Source of the DNA: Octopus vulgaris
Lineage: Eukaryota
DNA length: 64,000 nt
Assembly (NCBI GenBank): GCA_951406725.2
Contig: OX597824.1
Location: 61,628,001 to 61,692,000 of the forward strand
Direction of reading: 5' to 3'
How positions within the stretch are numbered: position 1 is the first letter of the stretch; every line of letters begins with the position of its first letter. A program made the translations under genes and the position numbers. Shown one piece after another: positions 13,922-28,125 of the stretch. The notes under the pieces are model-generated. The model saw only the letters and a program-made list of their open reading frames with translations, did no database searches and was not told where the DNA came from.

Positions 13922-15209
13922 ATCTTTTACTTTTGCCGAAAGACAATTGAACTTTGTTTACTGCACACAATCAGCAGTTTAGAATTTGGTTTTGAGTGCG
14001 CAATAAAGTAACTGAGCGTTTCTGATGCAAACAGAAAGCTTTTAAATTAAAGATAAGTACTTCAATATAGAAAAAGATAGGGTTATTTCCAGTAATATCG
14101 ACGAATTTATTCCAATAGCTTCTCTAAATTATACGACGTTATGCAATGTTTGATTTATTTTTCCAAAATCTTCTATTCGTGTATCTAATAAATTCATATA
14201 TCTGTTCTAAAATTCTTATGAACAAAAGAGTTGAAGAAGTACAATTATTGTGAGAAGTGAAAATCTAACTGTTTATCCTTTACTTTTTTTCTGGAATGAG
14301 TGAAAGAGAGAAACAGTGGTGTTGTTGTTTTGGTTTGATGCATATAAAACATGTAGTATTTGTCTGGAAATTTCAATCCTGAAGAGAAACTTTTACATTG
14401 CTGATAGAGTTAACGTCTCTAAGCTAGAGAGCATCTTGCTGTGAGTATTACACAACAAAATAAGTTGACAGTGAAACATTATTGATTACAGTTTGAAATC
14501 AATTTTACTTGTCCTATACTGTTAATAATACTTTGAATGATATATTCTTTGAAAATTCTATTTCACGTGGCTTAAAACACAAGGGGGGTTGTGCGAATAA
14601 ATACTTTCCATCAGTCATCCGATCGGGGAAGGGGAGCAAATAAGATTTAATAGCCCCATGATCAACTTTGATTTAATTAGACCCATGATCAAAGCTATAA
14701 TCATCCTTCTATTAAGAGTATAAACACTATATTATTAAATATTATTTTCAGTTATTTTAGACAGTTTCACTGATTTGAGATATCTTGTATAGTTATTTCG
14801 AGCAAACCATGTGATTTCCTATTGACTGCATCGTTCACTTAAAGAACAAAAAAGCTAGTAATCCGAACATCGAATAGAACCTAGAGTTTCTCAATGGTTA
14901 CCCAACGGGTATACGTCTAATCTATGATCATTGGGGTGTTTCTAACAATTCACAAAGTAAAAAGTGCAGTCTATCCAAATGAATGTCCTTCAACAATCAG
15001 TGAGAGTAAACCATGGGTGTTGATTTAAAAGGTGTTCAAGCAAATGTATATACACTCACATGTGTATATACGCATGTATAATCAGTAAGCCATACTAACC
15101 ACTAAACATATATATATAAACACATATATAGATTCAATATGTGACCGCATGTGTATGGTTGATGATTTTTTCCTCCGTCTTCCCTTCCTTTGAACTTTCC
15201 TTTTTCTAT

Positions 15210-15244
15210 GTTTCTGAGGAAGAGCCCCGTTCGAAACGTTTAAT
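15210..15244 (+). ncRNA. minimal PLE-type hammerhead motif lacking stem III
   Basis: gttt-CTGAGGA-agagc-ccc-gttc-GAAAC-GTT, in a pseudo-LTR-like segment ending in (TA)n. Confidence 0.45.
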
Positions 15245-15344
15245 CCTCCTACTTGATTTCCGTTCCTGAGCGTCCAATAACACTATACTTGTTCCACGTC
15301 CTCGCGTTGTTGTGTTTTCTCTTTGTGTTTTCACGTTTGGATTA

Positions 15345-15394
<50 letters not shown>

Positions 15395-15404
15395 TCTATA
15401 TCTA

Positions 15405-15463
<59 letters not shown>

Positions 15464-15519
15464 ATATTTATATATATATATATATTATATATATATATAT
15501 GTATTTACATGCTTAGTAG

Positions 15520-15671
15520 TTAGCATGGCTTCGAAGTTAGGATGTTGCACTCACGATCTAGCGCTTGTGATTTCAATCTCTACTACACCGTTGTGTTCTT
15601 GAGCAAAACGTCATCTCACGCTTTGTGATCACTTCGACACCTAGTGCGTGGTACACCGTGCACCTGTTCAG

Positions 15672-15680
<9 letters not shown>
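15520..15680 (+). mobile_element. decayed tRNA-like SINE head
   Basis: gcatggct...gttaggatgttgcactcacgatc...gttcttgagcaaaac, a degenerate A/B-box-like head. Confidence 0.4.
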
Positions 15681-15735
<55 letters not shown>

Positions 15736-15777
15736 TACATACATGTAGATAGATAGATAAATATATATATAGGGGGA

Positions 15778-16615
15778 TACGCGGTCTGATTATTAAGTGT
15801 CAGGATTGTTGCCATAGTATCGAAGCTAAAGCACCTCGAGTGAAGCCGCTTGACAAAGATTGACTTTGACCTCTGTTGTGCATGCGCACTAAGTTTTCAT
15901 ATTCTAGCTCACTTCCGCTGTTTACAGAAGTGCTTGGAATAAAGGAGTGTAGCATTGACCATGACAGAGAAAGTTGTTATAGCGACACTTGCTCAGAGGC
16001 CCATGGAAAGTTGCAGAAAGTGTATGGAGAGGGGTGTATGAGCCGCACACAAGTTTACGAGTGGTTCAAATGTTTCCAAGATGGTCGAAAACATGTCGAT
16101 AGTGATGAACGTCCTGGAAGACCTGCAACCAGCAGAACTGAGCAAACATTGCTGATGAGCATGCAGCTGTGAGGGGAAATCGTTGAATCCCGATCTGTAA
16201 GTTATCAGAGGATATGCAGATTCGTTACGATTCACTTTAGTCCATTATCACCGAAGATGAGATGGATGTCTGTCATGTCTGTACCAAAACAACTTTCAGC
16301 CGACCAAAAAGACACTCGGATTTCAGTTACACAAGATCTCTTTGATTGTGACGAGAACGATAAAATCTTTTTGAAAACTTTGCGTAGGCCTCGGAGCAGG
16401 TACATGACAAGCTTTTGTTAAAATCTGACGCAAATTGTCCGCTCAATTTTCTCTGTCATCGTCAACGCGACGATCACACGCTACAGACGTTTCTTCTAAG
16501 CAATACTGTAAACAGTGGAAGTGAGGTTCACTGTCAATTAGTGCCAAGCGACTTTACTCTGTGTGCTCTAGCTTCGTTACTATGACAACAGTCTGGATAT
16601 TTATCAGGCCTCTTA
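15778..16615 (+). mobile_element. internally deleted mariner element
   Basis: N-terminal HTH motif KVYGEGCMSRTQVYEWFKCFQDGRKHVDSDERPGRP; imperfect TIRs (gattgttgccatagtatcgaagcta / tagcttcgttactatgacaacagtc). Confidence 0.85.
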
Positions 16616-16649
16616 TATGTGTGAGTGTTTCTGTGCATGTGCATATATA

Positions 16650-16770
16650 TCCGATAAGATGAAAGGCAAAGTTGACCACGGCGGAATTTGAACTCAGTAA
16701 GTGAAGAAGTACAAAATACCGCAAAAGCATTTTGCCCGGCATGCTAATGCTTCTGCTAGTTCGCCTCCTT
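16650..16770 (-). mobile_element. SINE family B fragment
   Basis: gatgaaaggcaaagttgacc..ggcggaatttgaactcag shared with other copies. Confidence 0.6.
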
Positions 16771-17698
16771 CATAATAATATTAATGATAGTAATAATATT
16801 AATTTAACTGATTGTGATATCATGTACGATGTTTTGTCTTGGTATAAAAGACGTGCTACAGCAAATATTCTGCTCAATACCACAGATTTGCTTGTCAGTT
16901 GTTTGAACATAACCAGTTGAGCATGACCCTTAATGGCTGATGATATGTGCATCTGATCACAAGTAGAAGTAATAGGGAAGCATTATAGCCATGTGTTGAG
17001 AGGAATTATTTAGAGTTTGGATAATTCCCCTTTGGAAACGTGAGTGTTTAGTTCAACATCCTTAAATGACCCTTAAACAGGAACCTTTTGAGCAGGATGG
17101 GCTTCTCGGCCTGAAGAAAATTCTAACCTGCAAGGTCATGCGCTTTTAATCTTGATATGTTTACACCGTGTCAAGCACATTTGGTTGTGATGTATGTGCC
17201 TGGTGTACCCTTATCAGACGGGTAGTCATGATGGGCATATTGGACTTCGTATAAATTTCTCTAATTTGTTACATGGCCGAAGGATGTGAAGACAGATATG
17301 AAGTGTGGATGTTTACATATGATGGAATGAAAAATAAAACAAAATTTTAAAAAGTATACTCGGTATACATTAGAAGGGAAATATACAAAGTATATTTCTA
17401 AATTTCACTTAGCTCGTATCGTTGCTTCTGGTATTGTTGTTGCTGTTGTCCTTGTCGTCACCGAAAGTTTTGACGTTACTTAGAGACAAAACAGTATTCG
17501 CCTCAGAGACATTATTAAGATTAGGCCAAACTATATTTTTGTTCTCATTTTTATCCATCGAGTTATGCGTTCCTGTATCAGCCATCTTTAACTAAATAAT
17601 GAAAGCAGCCAACTATTATATTTTCCCGAAAGTTGTTAAGATTCAAAATATATTGATGCGCACCCTCTGCAAAACAAGAGGGTGTTTCTACTCACAAA

Positions 17699-17763
<65 letters not shown>

Positions 17764-18612
17764 ATAATAATAATAATCAAATGAATGCCCTAGACTTGCC
17801 CAAAGCCACTACAAATTGTGGCGAGGCAATCAGGTAGCGAAAGTGCTACAGGGGTAACTTTGCGAAAAGTGGGGGCTAGAGAGAGGCAGGACGTGGTATG
17901 AGCACAATTTGTAAATAGAAAGTACTTCTATCAGAACAAAATGAAATATCTTTACCCATATGCAGAATAACGAATAATTTTCATATATGGCTGGCTTTTC
18001 TTCGCGGAAAATTTACCCAACTGAAAGATAGCAGTGTCAGAAATCTTGTGTTACGATAAAATATTAGTCTGTTTAAATTATTAAATTATCAATAATCGCA
18101 CAATATAACGAGACTTTTATACTTGTGCGTTTTTTACAAACAACTTTAGATGTATAAGTATGAACGTTTTTCTGTGTACTTATATATAAATTCATATCTA
18201 CACACGCACGAACACACACACGTACGCACGCACATACACAGACACACAGATGCGCAGACACACAGATGCGCAGACACAGACACACTGACACGCAGACACA
18301 GACACACTGACACACATTGATGTTCATCATGTCTCTTGATAATAAGAAAATTAAAGGAAAATGAGTGTCAATAGCAATAACATTCAACTATCTATCTATT
18401 TATCTGTCTGTCTAACTGTCTGTCTGTGTGTCTATTTTTCTATCCATTCATCCACCAATCCATCCATCCGTCCATCTATGTATGTATGTATGTATCTATA
18501 TATCTATCTATCTAATATATATATATCTATATATATATCTTTATGATGCACATGAGGATTAAAAACATAAGTCAGTATATCTACTTTGTAATACAAGCAA
18601 TATTTCTGATGA

Positions 18613-19128
18613 CTTTTTTGTGACTATATCACAAAGAAGTTTAAACATTTCAGTCTCTTGAAAGAAAACATAAGTCATTATAAAAATACGCCATTGACGA
18701 ACAGGTAGCAGAGTGCTGCGTTTAAGTTCACGCATAAACGCTTACACACAAAAGCCGATAATATAATTAATAACTAATGGGCTAACATCTTAGTGCTTTT
18801 ATGTTTTCTTATTCATTTCCATGATTCTTTAATGCTTTAACACGCCGAAGACTATAGCATCTGTAACAATTTAACAAGTAAACTGACGTTAGCTGGATTT
18901 ATTAGAATGTTTCTTTGCAATTGCACAAACATAATATTAAACACATCGGCGTCAGAGGTTATCAATTTAGTCACAGGAGACCACCATGCATTCTTTATTA
19001 GAGACAAGTTTTGTGACGTGTTGAATACATCTGTGTCTCAGAGGATGATAAATTTATCAAAGTCTTTCAGAATGTTACAGAGAATCTCCCAGACTTATTG
19101 CAACTTTTATTTTAAATTATTAAAAGTA
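18613..19128 (+). pseudogene. decayed coding frame, TIR-like, paralogous to the 4392-4657 exon
   Basis: About 170 codons in one frame with 3 stops, including FHDSLML*HAEDYSICNNLTSKLTLAGFIRMFL. Confidence 0.35.
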
Positions 19129-19821
19129 AAAACAATAATTAGAATTTTTTTCATCTATGTGATTTGAAAAATACAATTGAATTTCTTTTATTCTTTTGTT
19201 GTAATATTAAACTTCTTGTATTTTTGTCTGTAATGTAATGTTTTAGATGTAATGATTCGAATTATTTCTTTACGTATGGTTTTCGCTAAATTCACTCTTT
19301 ATTCAATGTAGCGAAATATATTAATGATTTATAATGAAATTTTCCGATCTTCTTTCAATAATATATACATTTTATCTCTGACAGTTGAAACTGAACAATA
19401 CGCTTAAAACTTGTGCACTATTTCAGACAATTTATCAGAGTTATACTAGAATAAAGCCAATAAAAAGAATAGAAAATGAGTTCTCTTTAACTTTTCTATC
19501 TTGTATGCTAATCCCAAAGCACTAATCTTTTATTTTTGAATGGGTTCAGCCTGTGGGCTGCCTGGTGCAAGTATATCTACAGTATTATTATTTATAATAA
19601 ATCGATTTCACACAATGTCTTTTATAGACATCAGGCGGAGAGCGACCAACGTATTATGGAAACGGAACTAATGTAAATGTAATGTAAAGAAATGTAAACA
19701 TATTGAAGATAATATTTACAAGCGAAATTTCGAAGTTTCAGTGTAAGTGCGTACGCACACTTACACATACACATACACACACATACACAAACACACACAC
19801 ACACACACAAAAATATATATA

Positions 19822-20215
19822 CTCTTTTACTTGTTTCAGTCATTTGACTGTGGCCTTGCTGGAGCACCGCCTTTAGCCGAGCAAATCGACCCCAGGACTT
19901 ATTCTTTGTAAGCCTAGTACTTATTCTATCGGTCTCTCTTGCCGAACGCTAAGTTACGGGGACGTAAACACACTAGCATCTGTTGTCAAGCGATGTTGGA
20001 GGAACAAACACAGACACACAAACATATACACACACATACATATACATATATACGATAGGCTTCTTTCAGTTTCCGTCTAACAAATCCACTCACAAGGCTT
20101 TGGTCGGCCCGAGGCAATAGTAGAATACACTTGCCCAAGGTGCCACGCAGTGGGATTGAACCCGGAACCATTTGGTTGGTAAGCAAGTCACTTACCACAC
20201 AGCCACTCCTAAGCC
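19822..20215 (-). mobile_element. SINE family A, full length
   Basis: Reverse complement of 47903-48315: tRNA-like head, internal TA/TG tract, tail ...atgactgaaacaagtaaaaga. Confidence 0.8.
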
Positions 20216-20315
20216 TATATATATATATATATATATTATATTGACCTCAATATTTCACTGGTGCTTATTTCATCGACGCTGAAAGGATAAAAAGCAATGA
20301 TGACCTCGGCGGAAT

Positions 20316-20397
20316 TTGAACTCAGAGCGTAAAGACGGAGTACATGTCGCTAAGCATTTGTCCAGCGTGCTAACGATTATGGCAGCTCATCGCATTG

Positions 20398-20446
<49 letters not shown>

Positions 20447-20609
20447 TAATAATAATATTTTTGCTTTCCTTTATGATAGAATGAAGTTCTTTCGTCTCTC
20501 GTGATTTTCCACGAGAGACGAAAGAAGTTGAACTCAGAGCGTAGAGACGGAGTACATGTCGCTAAGCATTTGTCCAGCGTGCTAACGATTATGGCAGCTC
20601 ATCGCATTG

Positions 20610-20658
<49 letters not shown>

Positions 20659-20767
20659 TAATAATAATATTTTGCTTTCCTTTATGATAGAATGAAGCTT
20701 CTTTCGTCTCTCGTGGAAAATCACGAGAGACGAAAGAAGCTTCATTCTATCATAAAGGAAAGCAAAA
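20316..20767. repeat. 212-bp tandem duplication plus 46-bp-arm perfect hairpin at a LINE 5' junction
   Basis: ttgaactcagagcgta... occurs at 20316 and 20528; 20670-20715 is the reverse complement of 20722-20767. Confidence 0.85.
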
Positions 20768-21850
20768 AATTTGCTATTGATCTCGTGCAGGATACCCAAA
20801 CTGAACAACCCGAGGGAAGTACGGCAACTATTGTTGCAAAGAAGGTGAAAATGATGGCAATGAAGAAAGCGCACGAGCAATTGGCTGATAGGTGAGAGGA
20901 GAAACCTCTGCACGGCAAATATGTGACCCGCAGCAAACAAGCTGATGTTGACCAGAAGCAAACCCATCAGTGGCTACGGAGCTCAGGGCTAAAAGCAGAG
21001 AGCGAAGGTTTCATCCTGGCTGCTCAAGATCAAAGCCTATTAACCCGGAACTACCAGGCCAATGTGATGAAAAATGGAGCAGACCCAAAATGCCGATTCT
21101 GCAACGACATGATTGAAACAGTGAACCACCTAATCTCTGGATGTAAAGTCTTAGCACCAGTGGAGTATAAATTAAGACATGACAGAGTTGGCCAATATCT
21201 CCACTGGCTAATAAGTCGGCATTACAATATCAAAACTGCCGACAAGTGGTATAATCACCACCCTGAGGCTGTAACTGAAGGAGAAAATGTAACCATTCTG
21301 TGGGACTTTCCAGTACATACAGACCGAACCATCAAGGCCAATAAACCAGATATTGTTGTGAAAGACCAAAACAATAAAGTTTGCTTATTGATCGACATGA
21401 GCATCCCCTGTGATCATAATATCTCAGCGAAAGAGTTTGACAAGCTCAGAAAATACAAAGACCTACTCATTGAAATTGAGAAAATGTGGCATCTCAAGGC
21501 GGTTACAATACCAGTGATCGTAGGAGCACTAGGAATGGTCAAGAAGGGAACCGAAAATTATATGAGAATGATCCCTGGCTTACCATCCCTGCAAGAAGTG
21601 CAAAAGATTGTCTTAACTGGTACATCACACGTATTGAGAAGAGCATTGTCGATGTGAGAACTGTTGCTGCTCATGTATTTTAATTTAACTTTAAAAAAAA
21701 AAATAAATAAATAAACGAACTACTGAGTTTGGTTTAATGGCCTACCAATGTATACTATGAGTTTATTTGCCCTAGGAGTCGGGAAGTCACTCGGCAAGAA
21801 ATGGAAGCAAATTTGAAAGAAGAAAAAAAAAAAAAAAATAATAATAATAA
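20716..21850 (+). mobile_element. 5'-truncated R4/Dong-like LINE (zinc knuckle plus restriction-like endonuclease; ORF 20923-21657)
   Basis: CRFC...ETVNHLISGC, RHD, ILWDF, KPDIVV..LIDMSIP, K..KY, PVIVGALG. The element ends in polyA/(TAA)n and is flanked 5' by (TAA)n. One TGA replaces the expected W at 20893. Confidence 0.9.
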
Positions 21851-21894
21851 CAATAATATACGACTCTGTTACGCGGTGTATGAGTACCTATTTT

Positions 21895-22035
21895 TTCTCT
21901 CTCTCCTCTCTCTCTCTCCCTCTCTCCCTCTCTCTCCCTCTCTCCCTCTCTCTCCCTCTCTCTCCCTCTCTCCCTCTCTCTCCCTCTCTCCCTCTCTCTC
22001 CCTCTCTCCCTCTCTCTCCCTCTCTCCCTCTCCCC
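21895..22035. repeat. polypyrimidine (CCCTCTCTCTCT-like) minisatellite
   Basis: About 140 bp of pure C/T. Confidence 0.9.
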
Positions 22036-22569
22036 CACTATTTCCTCCTGTCTCTCTCCGTATATATATATAATATATATATATATATATAGTATAGAAA
22101 TAGGTTTCAAAGAGTAAAGAGACTACATGTGGAATAAATAGGGGAAAAGTATAAGGACAAAAAAAAGAAAAAGAAAACATGCACATTGGATATAAAAAAT
22201 AAAGGATTTTTTAATGAAACGTAACGATATATATATACAATTAGATGAACTGAAGTGTAATAGGAATAAAAAACATTATTATGAATTGTTATAGAAGATT
22301 GAGAGTCATAACGCTATCGTCAAAAGCTATTCAATGACTTTGAATGGGCACCGATTTCCAAACGGTGTCGGGTCTAATAGTCCCTGAGTGAAAAGATTAC
22401 ATTCAAGGGTGGTATGCAATTCTGGAAGTAGTGTAATTAGTGTAGATATAAACACTGTAATATGAATGGTGTATGAGATATATGGAAATTAGTGGTATTA
22501 TTGGTAAGGTTAGTAGTGTCTTGTATTATGTTGTGTTTAAGTTGCGTTGTGGATGATATTTATTAATGA

Positions 22570-22852
22570 AAGTTGGGGGCATGTGTCACAGTTAGCTCGC
22601 CTGCAGTTTTTCACTTTTGGTTCCGTTGTTAATGGATATAGTCTTTTTCATTGATTTCGGTTGCATTTTATTCTTGATAATTTTGCGTTAGCCTAAAATT
22701 CTGATCATTGTTTTAAGTTATGTGAGAATGGGTAGATTTTGGATGATGATGTTGAATGCCCCATTGTTTCTAGGGTTGTGTGTGGAGATGTATGGGAATA
22801 TTTTTAAGTCTGGTGTAGTGTTTCGGTTGACGGAAGGGTGGTGCTCTCATCT
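22570..22852 (-). mobile_element. Penelope-like element fragment (RT-EN linker, Neptune-like)
   Basis: FPYISTHNPRNNGAFNIIIQNLPIL...IIKNKMQPKSMKK...VKNCRRANCDTCP; homologous to 36215-36710. Confidence 0.7.
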
Positions 22853-22856
22853 CTGT

Positions 22857-22857
22857 A

Positions 22858-22956
<99 letters not shown>

Positions 22957-23125
22957 TATTGTCTTTGCACAACTTCTAACGCTGGAAATGTACTATGGCG
23001 CCAGCTGTTCACTACCAGTGAACTAAGGTATCAGTCCTTATTTTTCGAGCACCATCTGGAGTATTCGAGTGGTTTTAAGCAGTGCTGTTTTCTGCTAGTG
23101 CTGCACCCGTATTGCAGCCCCTATG
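22857..23125 (-). mobile_element. 3' end of an R4/Dong-like LINE with (TAA)n tail
   Basis: QKTALLKTTRILQMVLE resembles the end of the 20923 ORF (QKIVLTGTSHVLRRAL); followed by about 100 bp of (TAA)n. Confidence 0.6.
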
Positions 23126-23342
23126 TGTTCCATGTACTATTATTATTTTAAAAGCTAATACTTACATATTTTTGTGGTGGGGGTATCCAAATGTTGGCAA
23201 ACATTCCCAATATATTAAATATATATCACCAATGATCAATAGTTTTGAATTCCATGTCATTTACAAACATAATGTATAGTAAGAATGGACGATTACTAAA
23301 TAATAATTTTCGGGGTAGATCAATGGCCATATATTTATGAAG

Positions 23343-23553
<211 letters not shown>

Positions 23554-24044
23554 TACAATTTTCTCCGTTCGGACAGACAAAAGATCATCTGCAGTATATT
23601 TTAATGCCTTAATATCTAGAATTCTCTGTAAAAAAATTACCTTCCTTTTCTTACATTCCTTTCTCACTGAGTATTCGAAAATGTAAATATCCTTTTTATT
23701 GCAACAGAGTTATTGCCTTTTCCTCGGCACTACTACATTAGACCCAACGTCTATTCACAAACGCATTGCTTAAATATCCACAAATTTTAGCGGAGTAATA
23801 TACCTGAATAGACCAATGCACATATTAAACGCATTCCTGACAACTTGTACGTACATATCAATTGTTGGCAGAGACATAGTATTTCGCTTTACAACTATAC
23901 TGCTAAATAAATTACAGGCTTACAAGTCAATATTTTGCATTAACTTGTGCTAGCATTGCACTATTCTCACTTTTAGATTTTCATTAGAACTCAAAACCAG
24001 TACAGCAAGTTACAACCATTCATAAATGAGTTCGTCAACGTAAG

Positions 24045-24240
24045 CAGTGGGTCGGAGATAGAAAAGATACGTAATGGGTGTATGTGCATATTTCAAGACT
24101 TATTGCCCTCTCATCAGAACTACATCCAACGCATCATCTATCACATTGCTTAAATATCCACTAGTGCCGCTGAAAGACTAATAACTCTACAAATGAGCAT
24201 ATACACCCATTACCTGTATTTTCTATCTTCGATCGCATTG
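24045..24240. repeat. MITE-like inverted repeat
   Basis: agatagaaaagatacgtaatgggtgtatgtgc is inverted as gcatatacacccattacctgtattttctatct. Confidence 0.5.
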
Positions 24241-24479
24241 GTTACATAGACGTGTTCGTTTGCGTCCAAACACATTCATTTATTGATACGTTTTTCTTTA
24301 TTAATATCACTTCGTTTAGAATTTTGAGTTTACGTTCTAACAGAAATATGATGTTATAGGGTAACCTTATCAAACTTATACGTTCCGACTAACTTAGCTC
24401 CATACATGGTTATATGTCTATTCACGAATAGTAATGCTAATATGGAAATACATGCACCCCACATTTTCGCAGCGAGAAC

Positions 24480-26135
24480 GGCCTTGGATCGTCTACTCAA
24501 AGCCAAACATGGAGGACGTACAGTTCGGGCTAAAGTGAGAACATTGGGACGTGAAGGAATTAATGTTGACGGATGGGCCCGTGCGGTTGAAACCCAGCTT
24601 GGCAATGATACCACAATTAGGTCTCTGATTGTCGACAATGGGAGTTCGGTCGACGGATGGGACGAGATGTGCGAGGCGCTTTACAAGCAGTTTGGAGAGT
24701 TGTTCAGGAGGAGCGGGAAGCTGGATCATGGTGAGGCCCTTAGGGACTTCCTGTCTGGCGGCCCGCGTCTTTCGGCTCGAGAGGCTAAGTGCGGTGTAGG
24801 GCCAATCACAGCCGAGAAGGTGATCGAAATGCTAGGCTAATGCCCCGGGAAGAAGTCGCCAGGTCTCGATGGTCTGCCCTATGAATTCTAAAAGAGTAGG
24901 CCAGACTTTTTCGGGTACCTGCTTCCTGCTTGCCAGCATTGACGCCAATTGGCAACAGAATGGGAGAATTCCCGAGACTGCAAGCCGACGGGTGGTGATA
25001 CTGATAACAAAGCACCCGAGCAAGGGGGACGAGATTAGTAACTTCCGGCCCATAACTCTACTAAACACAGAGTTAAAGATTTTGGCCAAAGTGTTAGCAA
25101 AAAGGTTGGCGTGGGTCGTGGACGGACATGTGGGGAGGGCGCAAAATTGCGCAATCCCGGAAAGTTCGATCTACAACAACCTTCATCTTCTACGCTACAC
25201 CTTAAAGATGGTAGGGAAGCTTTCTGGCGCAGGAGAGGCACTGGTACATTTAGAGCAGTCTAAAGCGTTTCATAGGGTCGACCATTAGTACTTGGCGGCA
25301 GTCCTCGAGAAGGCTGGCCTGGGCCCGACCTTCATCGGTTGGATTGCTGCTTTGTACAGTGACATCGAGTCTGTGGCAAAAGTGAATGGTTTCTTTTCGA
25401 AGCCATTCAGGATCGAGCATTCAGTGCGTCAGGAGTGTCCCCTGTCCCCGCTTTTGTATGTGTTAGCCCTTGAGACATTGCTGTGGAAGTTGGAGTCACT
25501 AGGGGCGCGCCGCATGATCTAAGGTGTGGAAGAGGAGCTACGGCGTATGCGAATTACATCGCCATCATCGTGGCAGATGAAAGCCAGCTTCCAGTGATGG
25601 AAGAGGCTATCAAAAGCTACGAGGCGGTGGCAGGAGCAAAGATTAACAAGGACAAATCGGTTGGTTTACAACTGGGCACCTGGAGGGCTAAGTCAGTGGT
25701 GTCCAAAAACATCCTGGGGCGCTGGACGGAAGGTCCTGTTAAGCTGCTCCGAGTTTGGTTTGGTCCGGTTCTCCAAGTAGAGAAGAATTACAGGGAGGTG
25801 ACCAGCAAGGTGTCTGCTCTGACCCAGACCTGGTCTGAGCGGGCGTTATCCTTGCTATGGAGAGCGGAGGTGGTGCAAATATTTATAGCATCAGTTATCA
25901 CCTACTGCCTGACCGTTGTGTCTTGTCTCGATTTGTGGCTGAACAAGTTGGAAAGAATCCTTTTCCGCTTTATGTGGAAGGGAGGAAAGCCACTTGTGAA
26001 GCGCTGTGTCTGCTGCCAGAAAACCGCTAAAGGGTGGATTAGGGATGCCTTTGCTGAAAACGCGAGAATTCGCGTGAAGGTTGAGACTCCTCTGGCTTTA
26101 CCTGGATGGAGAGCAGGTTTGGTTAGGGGTTGGTC
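24480..26135 (+). mobile_element. Tx1/L1-clade LINE RT region (stops and frameshifts)
   Basis: KSPGLDGLPYEF, ISNFRPITLLNTELKILAKVLAKRL, SKAFHRVDH, VRQECPLSPLLYVLALE, degenerate AYANY (YADD), GAKINKDKS; higher GC than the flanks. Confidence 0.9.
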
Positions 26136-26422
26136 AACTTTTTTAGTTACCACTTCAGTAGTAAGATAAGGCTGGAGAAGAGGTACCTATCACGTGAGGG
26201 ATTCAGAAAAAGATGGAAGCTTGTGACGAGAAAGCTAGAAGTGGCTGGTACCAAGTAAGTGGAGCAACGGAAAGAAAGCAAAGGTTTTACTCTGGCGTAG
26301 GATGCCTTTCCTTCATGTTAAACATTGCTTTTAGCAATGTATTCATTTTATGTTTTTCTGTCCTTGTCCGTCCCATCTATGTATTGCCTTTTGTATTGCC
26401 TTATGGCAAATATTATGAAATA

Positions 26423-26870
26423 AAGTGGCTTGCTTACCAACCACATGGTTCCGGGTTCAGTTCCACTGCGTGATACCTTGGGCAAGTGACTTCTACTATA
26501 GTCTCGAGCAGACCAAAGCCTTGTGAGTGGATTGGTTTGACGGAAACTGAACGAAGCCCGTCGCATATATACATATATATATGTATGTATGTATGTATAT
26601 ATATATATATATGTATATATATACATATATATATATGTGTGTGTGTTTGTGTCTGTGTTTGTCCTCGCAACATCGCATGACAACCAGCACCGACGCCGGT
26701 GTGCTTACGTCCACGTAACTTAGTGATAGAATAAATACTAGTGACCGATAGAATAAACACGAGGCTTACAAAGAATAAGTCCTGGGGTCGATTTGCTCGA
26801 CTAAAGGCGGTGCTCCAGCATGGCCGCAGTTAAATGACTGAAACAAGTAAAAGGAAAAAAGAATAAAAGA
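26423..26870 (+). mobile_element. SINE family A
   Basis: caaccacatggttccgggttcag...ctccagcatggccgcag..atgactgaaacaag. Confidence 0.8.
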
Positions 26871-26893
26871 ATACTTATACACACATTAGCACA

Positions 26894-26962
<69 letters not shown>

Positions 26963-27031
26963 ATATATGTATATGTATACATATACATATATACATATAT
27001 ACACACGCATCCCCACATATATATGTGTGTG

Positions 27032-27163
<132 letters not shown>

Positions 27164-27626
27164 TACCTACACTTATAGTTGTGTGTGTGTCAGTGCATGT
27201 GCGTCTTTTGAACGTTGTCTCTTCCAATATTTCTCCTGTTGGGAGTTACACACTTACACCCCCCCACACACACATACACACTCACTCGTGACTCTCCTTT
27301 ACCGCTACAAATGCACTGAAGCAATTGTCGACCCGGTGCATATCTGTAACTTGCGATGCTGTAATCCTAAACTGCTATATATAAAACAAAACTTTAGAAT
27401 ATTTCAGCTTTGTAGATATTTATCGTTATTTTTTTTACTGTAGATATTCTCTAGTTTTGCTTCGATTAATTTAATTTTAGTTGAGATATTTTTAGCTTAT
27501 TCTATTCTTAAAACAAGTTCATATGCGTTCGATTTTGTTTATGCATGTTTAAATTGATTTCTTACTGTTCGGTTTGTCATATTTTGTTTAATATAATTAA
27601 ATTAGTAAATTTCGTTTAAAATTCTA

Positions 27627-27658
<32 letters not shown>

Positions 27659-27849
27659 ACACACACACACACACACGCAGACACACACACAAACACATGC
27701 ACATAGAATAAACCAAAATAAGTTAGTGTACGAGATTTACACCCAATAAACTAAAATAGATTTTAATAAATGAAAGTAAACAAACAAGAAACACGAAAAT
27801 CCGAATGGAATTATATAAGAAACAAATGTCGGCAAAAACAAAAATCTGA

Positions 27850-28125
27850 CTGGGGAGAAAATAACATGAATTTGACTGAATTTATATGGTGAGGGATCTC
27901 CGTCGTTGCTAACGTGTTCCATCAATTGAATAAACTGCTCCTGAGGTAACGTGTAAGTTGTGGGGCATTCCATAGACACATGTGCCCTTAATATAATTTT
28001 CAAGCACATTCCACATGGCATGATGCTGTATCTCTTGAACAGCAGGTACAATCCACCTGATGAGCCTCTATAGAGTTTTCTTCGACTAATCTTACTCACA
28101 AGAGATGAATGAGGTGAAAAGAGTC
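27850..28125 (-). other. candidate exon of unknown product
   Basis: ttttctatag acceptor, then a stop-free, complex frame LFSPHSSLVSKISRRKLYRGSSGGLYLLFKRYSIMPCGMCLKII...; no donor identified. Confidence 0.3.

Noticed and set aside
13676-14011. Poly-S, V, Y and L ORFs (similar ones at 8816-9047, 22722-22979 and 23226-23686)
   Set aside because: Trinucleotide microsatellites open in several frames.
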